In this document: piece by piece, positions 40,682 to 50,730 of the stretch
Layout: every line of letters begins with the position of its first letter
Numbering within the stretch: the first letter of the stretch is position 1
Notes under the pieces: generated by a model
What the model saw: the letters and a program-made list of their open reading frames with translations, nothing else
Database searches by the model: none
What the model was told of the DNA's origin: nothing
Position numbers and translations under genes: made by a program
DNA from: Haplodiscus bocki
Lineage: Eukaryota
Assembly (NCBI GenBank): GCA_965655095.1
Contig: OZ296651.1
Location: 6,200,001-6,264,000, forward strand
Direction: 5' to 3'
Length of the DNA stretch: 64,000 nucleotides

Positions 40682-40869
40682 TCTGCAGCCACAAACTAGT
40701 CTGAATTCAGAAAAACATCCTACCTGCGATCAACTTGGATTGTAATAAGTAGCCTCTCTGTTCAGTTCCACTATCGACCACGTCTATGCGCAATTGATAT
40801 TCCTGAGATTAATGAAAAACTACATATTCGAAAAGTTGTTTATAAACATATGCAACAAAAATATCAAAA

Positions 40870-41133
40870 CTATTTGCGCTTCAATTTTTCATATTCTTCA
40901 ACAGTAACAGCTTTGATTTGAAAAGCATGAATTTCTTTGAGTTCTTGGGCAAGAGTTTCGTTAACCAGTCGGTGTCTCTGTAATAACTTCAAATCTGTGA
41001 ACTTGTCAGACACGACCAGAGCGTAGAAGCTAGCACCACAGCCACCGGAGGTATCTGTTACTTCGACATGACTCGGCGACAGAAGCTCAGAACTGTTCAG
41101 TTTCAATTCTAGCCCACTCACCGACAAGTCCAT
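40870..41133 (-). CDS. BOLA2: BolA-like protein 2 (Fe-S cluster chaperone partner of monothiol glutaredoxin)
   Basis: HVEVTDTSGGCGASF, VVSDKF, LLQRHRLVNETL and IHAFQIKA are hallmark BolA2/3-type motifs. Intronless CDS. Confidence 0.92.
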   Translation of the reverse strand: MDLSVSGLELKLNSSELLSPSHVEVTDTSGGCGASFYALVVSDKFTDLKLLQRHRLVNETLAQELKEIHAFQIKAVTVEEYEKLKRK

Positions 41134-41164
41134 CTTCGCAGTACTGAAACAAAGGTCATGCAAT

Positions 41165-41660
41165 TAATTTCCGCCATATTGGATGGGAAGGAAGCAAAAT
41201 CAGTCATTTAACATTCCTGTTTTTTTAGTACAAGATCCCATTTGCACATTGAGTAAAAATTGCATTCTCAAAAATTTCAATTCACAAAATTTGCCTTCCA
41301 ATGCATAGAAAATAGTAGTTTGAGCAAAATTTAGTATTCTTTTGTGAAAAAACTTCACAATCTAATGGGAAATGTAGAAAATTTGCCACATAATGCATCT
41401 AGAAAGTAGTTTTGAAAAATCGCCCCGAAATTTAGGTTTGTGTTGCAAAACTTTGTCATTTTCAAAACAGGCTTTTTTTGTTTTTTCCAACGCATTTCTA
41501 GCAAATGTGTGTTAGGAATGATCTACTTTGTTGTTGAGAATTTTCCTTGCGGAAGGTATGCCTGCCGTTAAATCTTGTGAGAAATTGTAAGCACATTATG
41601 ACAGTTCGGACAGTCGCAGATTATCTGCCGGGTTCAAGATATTTATTGGTAACTTGTTTA
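41165..41660 (+). mobile_element. Helentron/DINE-like element related to H1, between C3orf33-like and BolA2
   Basis: Starts atttccgccatatt...aaaatca, the reverse complement of the H1 end. Ends ...aacttgttt. Internal repeated aaatttgcc..aatgcat units. Confidence 0.5.
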
Positions 41661-42015
41661 TATTTCAAATGAACGATTTTGTGGCAACTGATAAATCGGC
41701 AAACATTGATAAAAAATTAACGTAGAACCAAACATTTTAAGGTTGCACATTTTAGACTTTCAAAACATCATTTGTAATCAATTTGGGAAACTACGGTGGA
41801 TAAGATTATTTCCCGCTTTATCGTATCTTGTCCCTGCTTCAACTAAATGGAACCTATATACTAAAAAATCATCCTCCAAGAGCGGTAGTACTCGGACACA
41901 AAGCAGGCGGTAGCAAACTTATAACTCAATCTATCGCCAACTTTACTTTTCAGCGTTATCGTGACAACTCTCAGTCTTACACTACTAACACCCGGAAAGC
42001 GAGTCATTTTCATGT

Positions 42016-42412
42016 TTACCTGAATTGTCTCCGAGTGAAGAAATTCGTTAAACTCTGTTTGATTCCGAGTCTTCTTCGAGTCTTCCAAAGTGCAATACTT
42101 TTGTTCTGTGCAATTAATTCGGCAGATTTGAGAGCAAGATGGAGATCAACGGCACTGCTGTCTTCAAAAGCGGATTTTGGCAGCGATTGTACGGTTGCAC
42201 TGCCTCTTTTTATTAGAGCAATGTTCAGACTTTTCTTGAATAGTGAAAATCCAGGGCGGTATAGGATGTCCGCTTTCAACATTAAACCAGTATTTTCTCC
42301 AACCGGTCGAAACCAAATGTGTCGCTTCTTTGAGATGAACTTTTTCTGAATCCAAAGATCCTTCACATTCGCATGAGGAAAAAGTACTCCGAATATCTCC
42401 AGATCAAAATGT
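42016..42412 (-). CDS. C3orf33-like: C3orf33-like (staphylococcal-nuclease-fold) protein, last exon
   Basis: LEIFGV...WIQK...IWFRPVG...SLNIALIKRG.A.V...LHLALKSAELIA...IALWK aligns by eye with C3orf33 KLAGV...WLQK...LWFQLLG...NLNEEILRRG...HRNLLKAELTA...GIWK. tatttcag| acceptor. Confidence 0.75.
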
Positions 42413-42984
42413 CTGAAATAACAGAAGCGGCATCAAAAGAAGACTTGCGTAGTTTGGAACTAACAAAAATGGGATACTGAACACAGACACAGAATTTGTT
42501 TGACTAACAGCCTCCCTTCCGCTCAGTAACGACATTTTTTAGACGCATCGTTCATGTCCCAGTTATACGAAAATTAATGAATGCGCAAACAATTACATTT
42601 TGCTGTCCTCGCCCCGTGGCTCTGTAAACCGCTTATTATCTCTGTTGAGTTATACGATACATGCCTACACACAGGTTAAGGTTAGCTTGGCGTACACTGG
42701 CGACACAGGTAAGAAACGTATCGGCTATTTCATGACATGACTTGTGAAGCTTTCGTTTTTACCAAATTTTACTAGCAACGCTTTTACAAATGTTGAAAAA
42801 CTTTGACAACTGTTGAAAATCAATTATACTTACAAGGATTCAACCAGTTAAGCAATGGGTGGTCGCAATCCAACCAATGGTCTTTTTTTGAAAACTTTTC
42901 AAAAGTCGCCAGCCAAAAGTATTCGAATTCTAACAACAAATCAAAAGAATTTATTTAAAAAGGAACTATTCAAAGGGGGTGTGC

Positions 42985-43200
42985 CTGCCTCTCCGCATAT
43001 ATCCCATTTTGCCGATTTTTGAATGAGCGCTGGATGACCGAAATACAACTGGCCGTCTTCGAAAGAAACAACTTTGCAAGAAGAAGCAAGTAAAACTTCG
43101 AAAAGCGAACGTATGACATGTGATAACCCCTCTTGTTCAATTGCTCCAAAGTGCAGGCTTTCGGATGAAAACTGGATGACCGCAATCCAACAAATAGTCT
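42985..43200 (-). CDS. Probable upstream coding segment(s) of the C3orf33-like gene; frame discontinuous
   Basis: LFVGLRSSSFHPKACTLEQL and CKVVSFEDGQLYFGHP resemble the C3orf33 N-terminal half but lie in different frames, with no clear GT-AG intron. Confidence 0.35.
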
Positions 43201-43229
43201 TCGAGAGCACAATATGGAAAAGAAAGATG

Positions 43230-44330
43230 AATGTTATGAATCTCCGATTCACGAATTGGCAGTCAAATCAATCATGCGTACAGTATGAAAGTAAAAAACC
43301 TAACCCGCTAGCTAATTTTCACAAAAAAAATCGAGTTTCCGAATGACTACTGAATGGCCGCTTTCCTTGACATATTCTCGAAGAACAACTTCGAAAAAAA
43401 AGCAAAAAAGAAACTTCTCCAATTGACGTATAACAAGTTAAAATACCTCATGCGTAGAGTCTGAAACATAAGAAACTTTCCTGCTCGTTCACAGATTCTC
43501 CTTAATGCAGTTTCCAATAAAACTAGTAATTCGCCATCAAAACTATAGTTTCCGAGAGAAACCATTATGGAAAAAAAGCAAGCAGAACACTTTCCAATTT
43601 CACAGTGCAAGTTTAGAATATTCGCGAGAAAAAAAGGAAACGAGACAAATTTTCATCTCCACAAAAGCCTCATATTACAAGAAATCACTTGACAACTGAA
43701 TTGTTGCAATCAAAAAGTATTCTCCAAGAGAAACTCTAACAAAAAAGGCGGAAGTAACATTTCGCCAAATCACAAATGAATCAAAATATTAAATGCTTAG
43801 AGTAATTGATGTAATGAAGGTGACACGCCAGCCCCTCTGCAGAATCTACCAGCTGTGAGACTCCGAACGAGGACCGCAAGCCGCAATCCAACCAGTAATT
43901 TCGGCAGGGAAAAATAGCAAATACGCAAGCAAAACGATTTTGAAAATCAAAGTAAAAATTAAGATATTCCGCAATAAACACATGCCACGTCAATAGTCTT
44001 CTCCACAAATGCTTCACAACGCAGGCTGCCGAATCACCGCTAGATGGCCGCATGCACCATAACAAGTAATTTACGAAAACTTTCGAGGAAGTCGCAAGTA
44101 ACTTACTCTCGGATTCATGGAAAACAAGTCAAATTAATTCTCATGCGTACAGCATGAAAAGTACAAAACGTGACACATCACTCTATACAGACTTTGTGCA
44201 TATCACGGAATTTCGGAAGAGCAAAAGATGGCCACTCCAACGATTAGTTTCACTCAAAAGCTTCTGAAAAGGCGCTCAGAGGAAACACCTTAGAATTTCA
44301 AACAACAGTTTGAGATAATTAGCGAAAAAC
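43230..44330 (+). repeat. Old repeat with internal duplication, distantly related to 2930-3630 and 4900-5600
   Basis: tcatgcgta at ~43273, ~43449 and ~44142. cactttcca...attcgcgagaaaaa..ggaaacg resembles 5320-5370. Confidence 0.5.
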
Positions 44331-44699
44331 GTATATACCGGGACATCGAAATATCTTCGCAGATTCTTAAAAGATTCCCAACTTTAGAGTGGGCACCGCA
44401 TTGCAACAAGTAGTCATCGGGGAAAAGGAAGTTAAAGAAGAGAAGCAAGTGAAAAAACCCATGTTCAAACTACAAATCAACATATTTCGCCCGAAAAATG
44501 GGGAAGGGGATACGCTGACACTAGGCAGATTCCCGATAATAAAGGTATTACAATAAATAGTGGATTTGTACAATCCCAAGAATAAAGAAAAGAACCAAGG
44601 AGAAAGATTACGATTTCCAGTGAAATACCCAACAGCAGTAGACTTATTCAATATTACGCACCTGAAAGTAATCTCTACTTATTGGTTCATTTATCTATC

Positions 44700-46000
44700 G
44701 AGAACCTTATCTCGGCGCTAGCAAAGTCAATTTCACTCCAGTCTTCATAGTATAGGGGAACAGCGGAGCATCCGATGCCAGTTTTTAGCGGTTCGGAAAA
44801 TAGTTTACGATCCTATTCCATAACACTAGCTAGTCGCAGGTGCAACAGAGATGCAAAGCTGATCTCCAATAAGTTGGCAATCCTTTTCTTTGACAAATGG
44901 AAGCATCACTATGGAGTAGCATAGAAAAAGGCTAGATTTTTGAGATTTCCAAAAATTACCAAGCAATACCTTATGAAATTTCTCAAAAAAAGAATTGAGG
45001 CACAGTTATCCATATTCAACCAAAAAAGCAATTCCATAAAAATATTGCGGCTTTTCCATGAAAAAGAAATTCAAAAACAAATTTCGTGAAATTCAAAAAA
45101 ATCAGATAAATTGCAGAAGAGTCCAGAAAGGCCGTTTCCAACATTCAGCAGATCCGCCACTTGGCTACTGCTTGATTTGGTAGCTTAACATTTGAGCCCA
45201 TATATTTTCAAAACAAAATTCTTCCGGAACGACAACAAAAACTGAGCAGTTTTGATTTTCTAATCAGACATCCAGTCATGTCCGGGGAAAGAAAGCAACA
45301 CGTAATCCTAGAGGTCACCAGAACCTACATATTTCAAGCATTTTGAAATGTGCAACAGATGCTCCCAATTCCCACATACGTTTTGAGAAACTTTGGAAGT
45401 AGGCGCAACCGGAAAACTTTTGTACCCTCAAATACAAGTAAAGTTAACTTGCGAAGAAACTGAAGTCAGGACCACCGGTACCTCAGAAGCCTCGCTAATC
45501 AAAGCATTAGAGGACAGTATCAATTGACACTTGGTAAAATTCGGTAAAATGTCAGAAGTTTGAATTATTCACAGTAAAGACTAATAATTCTTCGGAAGTT
45601 TAGTTAACGAAAAGTTCCTAGAAATCTGACTTCATATCTGAAGAACTATCCATTCCTTCATCAAATTTTTCCCACGCAGGTTAGATGAAAGACTACTGGA
45701 TAGTAGAACATTGACGAGCCGGACTAAAGCATGGTCAAAAGATATGACATTCATTTGCATACATTCAAAGATAGAGGCTTCAGGTTAAATGCAGTCAAGT
45801 CTCTCGCACTTGTAGAACTAAACGTTAACCACTTAACTCTAGGCAAAATTAAGTCACCAAGGACAGACAGTTGACGGAATGAGGGCTTCACATTGTCAAC
45901 ATAATTATATAGATATGATAACTCTCCTGTCAAAAAGTTCGTCATAATGTCGAAACTGATTTCACAGACTCATCAGAGGTGACGAATAGACAAAAATGAG
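44700..46000 (-). mobile_element. Decayed L2/CR1-like LINE (AP endonuclease and start of RT)
   Basis: QLSVLGDLILPRVKW in ORF 45751..45945 matches the APE motif I.GDFNLP.I.W. Weak RT remnants lie downstream. Confidence 0.55.
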
Positions 46001-46536
46001 AATGAGACTCCGACTGAACCTCAGAAGAGCCGTTGAAACTGAGGTCACCGAAGAATTCTGCGGAAGAAGTGATATTTGTGTTGCTCATGGTCAACGTACT
46101 AGCATGGCGGCCATGTCAGCAGTCATTTTCCTGACTAACACTGAACGAACCGGAACCAGACAAGTCGTTTTTGCTGACCGTGCCGTCGAGCCACGTTTTG
46201 TTCACAACAAACTTAGGTTGGTGTTTGGAGGAGTAAAGCAACAGCAGCTGTCCTCTTTTCCAGTGAAACTATTCCACAATCAAAAAGTAGCAATGAAGCA
46301 TCGGAAAGTCTTTTTACAAAAGAGACATGCATCTTCCGGTGTTAGTAGACGGGGGACATAGTCAGCCGGTAGGGTCGTTAAAGAGGTTGCAACATTCTAT
46401 GACTACCAAAAAAAAGTAGACGCAAGAGCACTCCGAAAACTACTGATGAAACAACTGAACAAAAATTTAATTAACTCATGTAATTCTTATGGTTTATATA
46501 CAAAGTAGCGAGTACGAACTGCTATAGCCATTAAAT

Positions 46537-47582
46537 TATTTTTCGCAGTATATGTAATATACAAGAGAAATTATTCATTCAGTAGGGTCGTTTTTCTTTT
46601 TTTTTATCTGACCAAAACTGCCAACTCCTTTTATTCAAAAATAAATGACAGCAGTATGGTTAGGACAACAGCGTTCTCAAGCAGTAGGTTCGGGGTTCGA
46701 GTCTCTGTCGTGCCAAATATTTTTACGATTTATCCTTAGCATTTTTTGATGCCCGAAATTAGTGAAACACTAAAGGGTTCCTTTACGAAGTTTTTCGGCA
46801 CTGTGACACAAAAAATTTTCGACGGAAACTTGTGATATCCCCTATTATGCATTAAATTTTTCGATACCCCAAATTTTCTGAGACATTGAAGGGATGCCCA
46901 CGAAATTTTTCGGCACTGTGACACAAAAAATTTTCGACGGAAGATTGTGATACCCCCTATTATGCATAAAATTTTTCGATACCCCAAATTTTCTGAAACA
47001 TTGAAGGGATGCCCACGAAATTTTTCGGCACTGTGAGACCAAAAAACTTCGACGGAAAATCGTGATACTCCCCCCCCCCCCTTATCCAAACTTTTTCGAT
47101 GCCCGAAATTATTGCAACAGTAAAGGATTCCCCTACGGAAATTTTCGGCACTGTGAGAGAAAAAATTTTCGATGGAAAATCTTGATACTCCCCCCCCCCC
47201 CTCTTATCCAAACTTTTTCGATACCAGAAATTAATGAAACACTAAAGGATTCCCCCCCCCCTACGGAAATTTTCGGCACTGTGAGACAAAAAATTTTCGA
47301 CGGAAAATTTTGATACCCCCTCCCCCCTCTCTGATGCATAAAATTTTTCGCTACCCGAAATTTTCTGATACACCGAAGTGTTCCCCAACGAAATTTTTCG
47401 GTACTGTGAGACAAAAAATTTTGAACGAAAAGTCGTGCATAGAATATAGAAATCAGTGGAGAAATTGATGTTTGTAGAAAACTTTCGCAAACTAGATTTT
47501 AAACAGTAGTCTCGTTTTTAACTGTTGATCAAAATATTTTATTCCTGCGAAAAATATGCCGGTGCTAGCCGGCCGTCTTGTT
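46537..47582 (+). mobile_element. Helentron/DINE-like element family H2 (6 minisatellite units, tRNA-derived segment)
   Basis: Perfect 12-bp sub-terminal IR tatttttcgcag (46537-46548) / ctgcgaaaaata (47545-47556), then hairpin gccggtgctagccggc and terminal cttgtt. Units ttttcggcactgtga at ~46792, 46907, 47022, 47142, 47271, 47395. Confidence 0.82.
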
Positions 47583-50139
47583 TTACATTCAAAGACAAGC
47601 GAACAGGCTGAAAAATAGGCCAGGTGAACAAATTTCTGCAACTGGGCGAGAGCGCATGAACAATTTTTTGCAAGAACGCATGAGCAAAATCTAGTCAACA
47701 TTAGGATGTAGGCACAAATGCAAGTTCTGAACGAAGTTTTTGGAAAAAAAACAAAGTGTCAAAAGCCTGTAGGATAACACTTGTTTGCGCAATTGTAATC
47801 ACTTCGTTTATACTGGAGATAGATTAGATACTGAAAACTTCTATGAAAGGAAAGGAACTTGGCTTAGTTCACGAGCCCCCTTTGAGATTCCACATTCTGG
47901 TCAATGTCGTACTTATTATATCTTTCGCCCTCGGCTTCGATATTAAAAGCTGCTCAGCTCCGAAGCAACTCAACACTCTGTGGAAGACAAGTCAGCAATA
48001 AAGTAAAAGTACAATTTTTCAATGTACTCTGGTGTCAGTTCAATTAAACGCGAGAGCAACCATATCTTTCAAACAAAAGCTATCAGGAAAACAGTCAAAA
48101 AGCCATTCTCAAAGAGAGTGAGAAATGAACCCTTGCTGAGAAAGGATTAAACGTCTGCATCTGGCGATCGAGCACAGAACTTTGAAGCACCTAGGTCACA
48201 TTTTGAGATTACCAGAGCAGCGTGAGCTGACCAACCACCATCACATTGCAAAAGACCCAACGGCGGAGTGAGGCTCAGATATGAAATGACGTTTTAACGG
48301 ACAGTTAAAAGGTATTCAAGGGAAGTAAAGAGGCGAAAAAGTTCGACGCAGTGGAAGGATCTCCTGTGCGAAACTACAGCGGACAGGGATCAAAGTTTTT
48401 AAGAGAATCAGAGAAAATTTAGAAGCCAAAGCTCATTAATAGGCTGACCGGATCGAGTCTACAACTACTGCTAGGAAGCTATTACCTATTTTCATAATGT
48501 GTCGCTAAAAGCAAACATCTAAAGTAAGCTTACAGCATAATGAGAAAAGATATGCTTTTTCCATATTATTTTAATAAAAATATCCAAAATTGCCTTTTAC
48601 GTTGTTGCTTCGTATTTTATATCAGATAGTCCAGCTAGGAAAAATTGTTGCCGCATATGCTGCATGCATCTTTTGTCTTAATAGCTGTGTTATTGTTACG
48701 AAACACCATATTTTATCGTCGGTGCTTTGTTTAGGAGTGTTGTGAAATTCGACGTTTGAATTTAATGAAAATTTGCAACGGACACAACCTACCATATGAG
48801 TCAAAATACCCATTTTCAGCTCCAGAATCAATTTAGGCCATATAGTCTAACTGAGAATCAGACTTGCCAGTTGCTTCTGCAACACAGAACTGCAGCTCGG
48901 ACTACTAGGCTCAAAACAAGTCAGACAATACGAGACATTTAAAAAATCGGAAACGCCCCAGGTCAATAAATATCCGTCTCGTTATTAAATAGCATCGAAG
49001 GTTACTTTTGGATACTAAGGAATATTTTTCTCATCGGTTACTTTGGATCATATTGCAAAAGGTTATAAAACTCGTTACGAGGAAATCTCATGTTGCCAAA
49101 AACTTCAGTGCTGAGCCAGAAAGGTTGTCCAAAAGTGGATTGATTGCCACGAACCGCAAGCGAAAAAAGTAACGGTGAGGCACGCAGTCTTGAAACTGAG
49201 AACCCAATAGTGATGATCCCAACAAACCGTTCAATAGTACGCGGAAAAAAATCACTTGCTATCCAGGTCATTGAAACCAACAATGGGTTTGTGGACAACC
49301 GTAATTACAGACCCACTCTGTTGCACAACTACAGCTCTGAGTCGCCGTCTTTTTCCATTACTGCAATGCTTGACAATTTCGAAATTATTACACATCTGTC
49401 TCCAACAGGGTTTAGCTGCGTGGAGAGATAGCATGATAAGACCAGTACTGGCGGCGAAGAAAGGATATTTCACAAAACTCACATAGCTGTCCACAAACAC
49501 TGTCATTTCAGTTAAAAACCCCATGCTCTGAAAAACTATCTGCTCCAAGCTTTCAACAACATGATCGTGATGAACAGCAAAAAATTCAGAGGAAACAACA
49601 TGTAAGATTTGATATTATTCTGGCAAAGTATAAATTTACATTAGAAACAGGTATGCTGACAACCAGAAAGAGACCCTCCTAAAAGCATGATAACTAATGT
49701 CGAACTAGCGTTACGTAGTCGATAGAAATATTATATTTTCTAGTAGCCCTGACCAAAACCAAGCAAAGGCACATGTCTAAAAACATGAATTTGGCTATTT
49801 CTCGGCACTCTGAAACCCCAGCCGGACTAGATTTGGCACAGATACAGCCAGTCGGACGCCCAATACTGCGCCCATAAAAAGGTGTTTTTGAAATATATTT
49901 TGGTCTCTAAATTTATACCCCATCTTAATACAGTGGGTTTTGCGGTAACTTCTACGAAAAAACGTCCCCCGCAAAACTCAAAGAGTGAAGTATACCTAAT
50001 TTCTGGCTGTATAACAACTAGAGATGTCTACACAATCATTACCCATTGAGGCCCATTCCATCGGGTGATGACCAAATTACCATCAGGAAAAAGTATCTAA
50101 TTCCCGTGCCTACTTCCTTTCCGGACATCAGAGGCAAAG

Positions 50140-50730
50140 CTCTGGTTGATCCAGGCTTCCCGCTCCATGCGGTCTTTATGTGAGCCATTCACGACATACG
50201 AGAGCATCGCTGTGGTGGCAGCATCAGCTTTACCCGACATCGTCAGGACAAAACGAACTCAGCGCCACGGTAAAATGATGTTGTCTCCGCGGCGTTGCAC
50301 AGCCCATTGGAGATGCTTCAGGCAACTTCCCACCGCCTGAAGTAGCCTCAGCAAGTCCTCCAGACGTCCGCTATCCCGGCACAAATCCTTGGCAAGCTGT
50401 AAGCGTGCACACTAGCCAAAGCTTCCACCGACAGACTGGTGTTGTCACTGATGGAGGCAAGATCAAAGACCACATGCCAAAGCAATCAAGTTCTCCGAAC
50501 GGCAACAAAAAGACACGTCTTCCCAGAGTTGCCAAAATTCCAGAACGGCAATGCCTGTGGTCACCCACAATGTCCCAGCATTCCCAGCCTCCACACAACC
50601 TTTCACATAGAAGTGCTCAAACCGTTGACTTCCGAACTCCGTCTCTGTCTTCACGAGGAAGTAGCTCTGGTCGACTGGCTTTCGCAATGTCTTCTCATTG
50701 ATCCCGAAACTTGTAAAGAACCGTCACTAG
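50140..50730 (-). pseudogene. Decayed JmjC-like 2OG/Fe(II) dioxygenase ORF
   Basis: One frame with several in-frame stops reads ...GCVEAGNAGTLWVTTGIAVLEFW... then LQWAVQRRGDNIILPWR*VRFVLT, versus JmjC Q.PGD.I.IP..W.H.VLT. GC-rich, no introns. Confidence 0.55.

Noticed and set aside
40870-41133. Bacterial bolA, contamination or horizontal transfer
   Set aside because: It has the eukaryote-type SGGCG motif and is flanked by splice signals and animal-type genes.
41828-42349. 173-aa plus-strand ORF (likewise 12560-12913, 13138-13461, 24051-24476, 50439-50876)
   Set aside because: These are antisense shadows of coding or pseudo-coding sequence on the opposite strand.
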